The notes under the pieces are model-generated. The model saw nothing but the letters and a program-made list of their open reading frames with translations. It did no database searches and was not told where the DNA came from. Positions 59,262-64,000 of a DNA stretch of 64,000 bases are shown here, one piece after another. Origin of the DNA: a virus. Lineage: Duplodnaviria; Heunggongvirae; Uroviricota; Caudoviricetes. Location of the stretch: IMG/VR virus record IMGVR_UViG_3300029604_000306. One strand, written 5' to 3'. Position numbers and translations under genes: made by a program. Each line of letters begins with the position of its first letter. Positions within the stretch are counted from its first letter, which is position 1.

Positions 59262-59481
59262 ATGCTGCACCAAAAACATAGAGCATTCGCTCATCGTTGC
59301 CGGTTTTTGCATCTTCATCACTTAAATCTGGTTCGTAGTCTTCAATTAGGAGTTCGTCATCAAGCATCTCTCCATAAAATTCTTCCTCATCTTTGTGCTT
59401 TGGACCTTCGCCATTATAATCATCAAACATCTCTCGCTCAATAGCATCAATGTCGCTTAAGCTTCCTGATATCCCTGCCAT
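59254..59481 (-). CDS. small acidic hypothetical protein
   Basis: GGGGG RBS; follows the Fic gene. Confidence 0.55.
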   Translation of the reverse strand: MAGISGSLSDIDAIEREMFDDYNGEGPKHKDEEEFYGEMLDDELLIEDYEPDLSDEDAKTGNDERMLYVFGAAYD

Positions 59482-59505
59482 GTTATATATCCCCCTTCTT
59501 GCTGT

Positions 59506-60267
59506 TTACTGCAATTCATCATAATCAAAAATCATCGGTATTACTTTTTCTTGATACCATTTTTGTTCTGATTCAAAAAAATCAATAAGCGGTGCATAAT
59601 CGTGCTTGTTCTGCGCGGCACTAAGGTACCGGTAATACTTGATTTTGTTTTCGTCTCTGATTACGACAGGGGTAATGTCTGCGTCAAGACACTGCTTTAA
59701 CAGAATCATGCGTCCAACGCGGCCATTCCCATCCTGGAACGGGTGGATATTTTCAAAGATAGCATGGAATTTTGCAATATCTCGCAGCTCAATTTTCTTT
59801 TTGCCGGTATACTTGGCAAGTAGAGCTTCAACCATTGCCGGTACTTCCTGTGGAAGAGCAGTGGTAATATCCCCTACAAGGTTTGCACGCTTTTTCCAGT
59901 CTCCGACTGCGTATCCGTTTGCCATATCTTCGAAGACACCCTCTTTGAGGTTTTTATGCATGCCTTTGATAATATCGGCAGTAAGCGGTTCGCCTGCGTG
60001 TTTCATCATGTAGTTAAACATCTTAAAATGACCGTTCATTTCTTCCACGTCTTTTGCTCTGAAGATTGTGTCTTCGTCATCTGCGAAAAACGTGCCTGTA
60101 TCAAATAATGATGCGGTCTGCCTTTCCGTCAATGTACTTCCTTCAATCTTATTGGAGTTGTAAGCCATGCTGCGCTGTGTAAAGCCATATGCTCCACTGC
60201 GGTCCTGGTTTTGAAACTCAATCGTGAGGCGCTGTTTCAGCCTTTCTGTAAATTTTTTGTCCTGCAT
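59506..60267 (-). CDS. Fic domain protein
   Basis: HPFQDGNGRVGR catalytic motif; SNKIEGS inhibitory-helix-type motif. Confidence 0.93.
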   Translation of the reverse strand: MQDKKFTERLKQRLTIEFQNQDRSGAYGFTQRSMAYNSNKIEGSTLTERQTASLFDTGTFFADDEDTIFRAKDVEEMNGHFKMFNYMMKHAGEPLTADIIKGMHKNLKEGVFEDMANGYAVGDWKKRANLVGDITTALPQEVPAMVEALLAKYTGKKKIELRDIAKFHAIFENIHPFQDGNGRVGRMILLKQCLDADITPVVIRDENKIKYYRYLSAAQNKHDYAPLIDFFESEQKWYQEKVIPMIFDYDELQ

Positions 60268-60436
60268 TTTGCATTCCCCTTTCTTGTTTGCTATGTATAT
60301 TCAATATGCAAAATGTAGCATCTGTTAACAAATTGCGGATGTATTCAGTATATCATACAACGAGGCAAAAGAAAAACAAAAAAAGGCGCCAAAAGCGCCT
60401 TTTCTGTTGCTCTGGATGTTTGGCCAGGATAGACAA

Positions 60437-60690
60437 TCATTCTTCTTTCCGCTGTGTCTCCTCTGCAATATCCGTAATCTTTTTCCCATTGTATGTAAAG
60501 ACTGACGCTCCTGAATTGCTGGTACATTACGCAGCTTTTCGGCAAGTGGTGAAAGAGAAATAACCGCACCGTTGTGCTCAACTTTATTTTTCTCCGCATC
60601 TACTACAGTTACCCTGACTGAATCGTCGTCGATGATACCGCGAGCTATGCTCGCTGCATCATTATATAGATGTATCCTTAAGCCATCCAA
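60437..60690 (-). pseudogene. frameshifted small domain protein (RAMA/DUF4357-like) with ~30-bp hairpin insert
   Basis: ...SLSPLAEKLRNVPAIQ continues as GASVFTYNGKKITDIA only if one base is restored near 60510. Confidence 0.5.
60633..60661. repeat. solo right-end hairpin of the element family
   Basis: TGATACCGCGAGCTATGCTCGCTGCATCA; first 22 nt identical to 19478-19499. Confidence 0.75.
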
Positions 60691-60691
60691 G

Positions 60692-60955
60692 TCACTTCAC
60701 TTTCTGTTTTGGCAGAATTGCTTTTACTCTGCCAACGAGGCGGTAATCTGGATTTTCTTTTCGGATTTCTTTTTCTTCTTCTGTCTCATTTTCCGGCTTG
60801 ATTTTCACTTTAATTCCCCTGTAATGTGTTTCTGTTTTTGTTAAAATTTCATCTACGATTCCGTATGTAAGATTTCCATTTTCGTAGTCTTCTTTTAAGA
60901 GAACAGCGACATGCTGTTTTGGGTGAATTTTTTTTCTAATCTGATAGTTCTGCAT
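60692..60955 (-). CDS. YwbE family (DUF2196) protein
   Basis: V-x-x-x-LK-x-D...G-x-LT-x-G-x-V-x-x-ILT...H-x-x-GIKV...VGRV. Confidence 0.8.
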   Translation of the reverse strand: MQNYQIRKKIHPKQHVAVLLKEDYENGNLTYGIVDEILTKTETHYRGIKVKIKPENETEEEKEIRKENPDYRLVGRVKAILPKQKVK

Positions 60956-61146
60956 AAATTTTCCTCCTGAAATAAGTTGATTGTTTATTTTAGTATGCAG
61001 GATTTTTAAAAAAAGAAAAAAGGTTTGCAAGTGAATCACCGAAAATTTCCATTTGCTACCACAAAAGCAAAATGTTTTTCCGCAAATTTTCACAGAAATA
61101 CAAAAAAGCAGCATATTTAAGATATGAAACGCAAGGAGGATTAAAC

Positions 61147-61623
61147 ATGGAAAACGATAAAAAAATCAGAAAAAGAATTTTTATGAAAGCACTTTCTACC
61201 GTAAAGGCTGTTAATGAAGTTGACTCTGTATTAGATAAAATCGGAATCAATTTGGATTTTGATGACACAGAAAAGCCAGTAGGACGGGCGATGGGCAACT
61301 TATTAGCTACCCCAAAAGAAGTTGCTTGTGATGCATTGGGCTTAACACTGAAAACAGAAAAAGGATATTGCACAGGTGCATATAAGGGGCAGCTGCTCCC
61401 AATTGAGGTAGAAGTTTATTATCCGGATTCTGATGATGAGAATACTGCGATTCCGTTTTCAATTACATTTGAAGGCATGTGGGATTTATTGGACCTGGCG
61501 GCTAAGGATACAGCATGTGCAGCCAAAGTATGGGATTGCTTTGTAAATAGGGATACAGAAGCAAAAAAGTGGATTAAGAATGTATGCGATATTACAGGAT
61601 GGGGAGAAGTAGACGAAAGATAA
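61147..61623 (+). CDS. hypothetical protein
   Basis: AGGAGG RBS. Confidence 0.75.
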   Translation: MENDKKIRKRIFMKALSTVKAVNEVDSVLDKIGINLDFDDTEKPVGRAMGNLLATPKEVACDALGLTLKTEKGYCTGAYKGQLLPIEVEVYYPDSDDENTAIPFSITFEGMWDLLDLAAKDTACAAKVWDCFVNRDTEAKKWIKNVCDITGWGEVDER

Positions 61624-61715
61624 AAGGAGCAGCCGGCGCAAGACGGCTGCGGGAAAGCATTTTTCTAAAAATAAGAAATGCCAGAAATATTATCCCGGGC
61701 ATTTCTTATTTTTTT

Positions 61716-61967
61716 CTACTGCATAAGGCCTTTCAGATATTCGACAGTGACACCCTTTTCTTTCATCAGTTCTGCAAGTTCTTTAATTGCTTTAGCCTGT
61801 TTTTCTTCGGCTTCTTTTGCTTGTGCAAGTTCAAGCTGTTTTCTTAACGCTCTTCTGGTTGCTTTCATCTCTTTGATAGATGCGGCTGCGACCTGAATGT
61901 TTTCCTCAAGTTTTGTTAAGTCTTTTTCGATTTCTTCTGTAGGACGAATTGCTTTAACTTTTGACAT
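61716..61967 (-). CDS. small coiled-coil protein
   Basis: AGGAGG RBS; heptad-like pattern. Confidence 0.7.
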   Translation of the reverse strand: MSKVKAIRPTEEIEKDLTKLEENIQVAAASIKEMKATRRALRKQLELAQAKEAEEKQAKAIKELAELMKEKGVTVEYLKGLMQ

Positions 61968-62189
61968 TACTAAAACCTCCTTTTTGCTAAAAAGTATATA
62001 ACATTTTTGCTGTTTTGTATATATTTTAAGCGAAATTTTTGCAAACATTCCGGTAAGTAGAATATATGTTCTGAAAAATGCGGTTGTTTGTTATCTGGCT
62101 GATTTTGTTTTTGCGTTTTTTGCCGGAAAAAATCCGGCATATTGCAAATGAAGAAAAAAAACATTCAAAACAAGAAAGGAAGTAAAATA

Positions 62190-62939
62190 ATGAGTGATAA
62201 AAGAATCGTAAGCATTCAGTTAACAAAGACAAAATCGGTTGTAGCAGTAGAGATTGGAAAAAATGAATATGTTGATGCAGACGGCGTAACATACAAAAAC
62301 ATTGATACTGATTTCATTTCTGATGCAGATGATGTCTCTGAAGAAGAAAAACATACTTTTAAGTATCTGTCATCATTATATGATGGCATTGCAGAGCTGG
62401 AAGAGCAGAAGTGTGTAATTGATGCGAAAATCACAGCCTCCAAAAAGGAAATCAAAAAAGCAGAATCTGTTATCAGAAACCTGCAGGGCAGAATGTCCAT
62501 TGCCGATTTCGCGGAAGAGGTTGGTGATATGCTTCCAGAAGGGCTGTTCGATGAGATGGTAGACAAAGCATTCTGGTGTGATACGGCTCTTCCTGGCGAG
62601 AGTGTGGATGAAAATGTCATGTATATCTTAAATGTCATGGATGTAAGTCTCAGAAAAGCCAGTCTGGAATCGCTTCCGTTCATGTATGAGTATGAAGAAT
62701 ACGGAGACTGGCGGATGTATGAAAACGCTGCAGAATACCTGAAATACCAGCGTATAGTTTCAGCATATGCAAAATCACTGCCAATTAAGGCGAAATATAT
62801 CGCCAAGTTATATTACGACAAGGAAGAGGGTCTGCAGTGTGTTTCAGCATATAAAATCAAGCTGGAAAAGAAACTGACAAAAGAATATGCGAAAGAAATT
62901 GTCGCAAAGTTAACTAATGGATTTGTGTACGAGAACTGA
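62190..62939 (+). CDS. hypothetical protein
   Basis: ORF with RBS. Confidence 0.75.
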   Translation: MSDKRIVSIQLTKTKSVVAVEIGKNEYVDADGVTYKNIDTDFISDADDVSEEEKHTFKYLSSLYDGIAELEEQKCVIDAKITASKKEIKKAESVIRNLQGRMSIADFAEEVGDMLPEGLFDEMVDKAFWCDTALPGESVDENVMYILNVMDVSLRKASLESLPFMYEYEEYGDWRMYENAAEYLKYQRIVSAYAKSLPIKAKYIAKLYYDKEEGLQCVSAYKIKLEKKLTKEYAKEIVAKLTNGFVYEN

Positions 62940-63010
62940 TTGCTGCCGGCTGTGGAATACAGCCGGATTTTTTGTTGTAAAAAAATAAAAGAGAGGAATT
63001 TTCCTCTCTT

Positions 63011-63175
63011 TGAATTTACAGCACTACATTTTTGGTCGTAGAACACCTGAATTTAAAGCCCCGCATTTATTGGTAGCGGAACACCTGAATTTAAAGCCCC
63101 ACATTTGTTTGGTAGTGGAACACCTGATTTTAAAGTTCCGCCATTTGTTTGGCTGCGGAACACCTGATTTTAAAG
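63011..63175. repeat. ~4.5 tandem copies of a 38-40 bp unit
   Basis: GAACACCTGA(A/T)TTTAAAG at 63041, 63079, 63118 and 63158. Confidence 0.9.
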
Positions 63176-63326
63176 ATAAGTTCGAAGTATGAACCTTTCT
63201 TTGTTGCTTATATTATATGCTAAATCATACGAAAAATCAACTGTTGTTTTTTTTGTTAGCCATTTTTTTTTGCCGGCAAAAATCCTGCATATTGTAGTAA
63301 ACCAGAATAAAGAAGGGAGATACAAA

Positions 63327-63623
63327 ATGCAAAAATATATCCAGCTGGAAGGTTTTGTTAAATCTAACAACGAGGCAGTAGAAGCAGTCGTTCAGCATCT
63401 TGTAGAAAAATACAAAATAGAAAAAGAAACGATAAAAAAATACGTGGATGGTGTCACCGTTAACCCAGAGGAAACATACTATTATCTTGATAAAATATAT
63501 GCGATGACAAAAACGACCAAACGAAAGCAGCGGCTCGTATACGTACACGTTGCCGAATATTGTCTTGAAAAACTTGCAGGGCAAGCAGATATTGTTGCAG
63601 TAAGCCCAAAAGAGACGACTTAG
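63327..63623 (+). CDS. hypothetical protein
   Basis: Start set behind GAAGGGAG. Confidence 0.65.
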   Translation: MQKYIQLEGFVKSNNEAVEAVVQHLVEKYKIEKETIKKYVDGVTVNPEETYYYLDKIYAMTKTTKRKQRLVYVHVAEYCLEKLAGQADIVAVSPKETT

Positions 63624-63707
63624 TCGTCTCTTTTTTTTGCATGATACAAAATTCAGCAAATTAAAAATGTAAAAATAAAGCACCAAAAAAGAAAGGAAAA
63701 GAAAACT

Positions 63708-64000
63708 ATGACAAGAGAAGAGTATTTTGAAATCAAAGATGATTGCGTAAAAAATGGAAGAGTTAAGGTAATCACAGCGGAGGATACTAAAGAATCTTTA
63801 AGAAAATTCTTTGATGAGTACAATGAAAAATATCTTTTGCTGACAAGAATGACTGGAGATGAATGGCTGCTGGATTTTACATTTGATACATATCAGAAAA
63901 CTGGAAAGGTTGCAATTCTTAATCCTAAAGATGGCGAATTCTTAACATCTTTTAGATATGAAAACGGCAGTAAATACAATGGCCCATGTTGGTGGTGTAC
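63708..64000 (+). CDS. hypothetical protein, truncated by the window end
   Basis: Open frame from ATG 63708 (MTREEYFEIK...) to the edge. Confidence 0.6.
   Translation, partial: MTREEYFEIKDDCVKNGRVKVITAEDTKESLRKFFDEYNEKYLLLTRMTGDEWLLDFTFDTYQKTGKVAILNPKDGEFLTSFRYENGSKYNGPCWWC

Noticed and set aside
63011..63175. Possible mini-CRISPR array
   Set aside because: Intervening sequences are similar to each other, so it is a tandem repeat.
1..64000. Jumbo phage interpretation
   Set aside because: The tRNA array and cargo would fit, but no virion or packaging genes are seen and a conjugative T4SS block is present; not fully excluded from one window.

Overview
An AT-rich, Bacillota (Clostridia/Lachnospiraceae-like) segment that looks like part of a very large conjugative extrachromosomal element (megaplasmid-like). 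It has no ribosomal or core housekeeping operons and no recognisable phage structural genes. In order it carries: (1) a Gram-positive T4SS block with four VirB6/TrbL-like membrane proteins, PrgI and VirB4; (2) a structured ncRNA candidate behind a perfect sigma-A promoter; (3) an array of 28 tRNA genes covering 19 amino acids; (4) three paralogous Zn-ribbon membrane proteins; (5) a type I-E CRISPR-Cas locus lacking cas1/cas2, with cas3 between two arrays; (6) accessory cargo, including thyA, RecD2, a PARG-like TIGR02452 protein, an ADP-ribosylglycohydrolase, Fic, two LRR proteins, DUF5688, PcfJ, an HPr-like protein and a 7-repeat nuclease. The most striking unexplained signal is a family of short, modular, non-coding double-hairpin insertion elements at 10 loci (about 30-360 bp). 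They start right after TTA/TCA and end in ATCA, and they nest inside one another. They interrupt one tRNA-Arg(ACG) gene twice and add 41 in-frame codons to a protein. An empty site can be read from a paralogous gene in the same window. A second element-wide signal is a non-sigma-A motif (AAAAwTyyrGCATATTR) upstream of most transcription units. Family assignments come from motif recognition by eye, not database searches.
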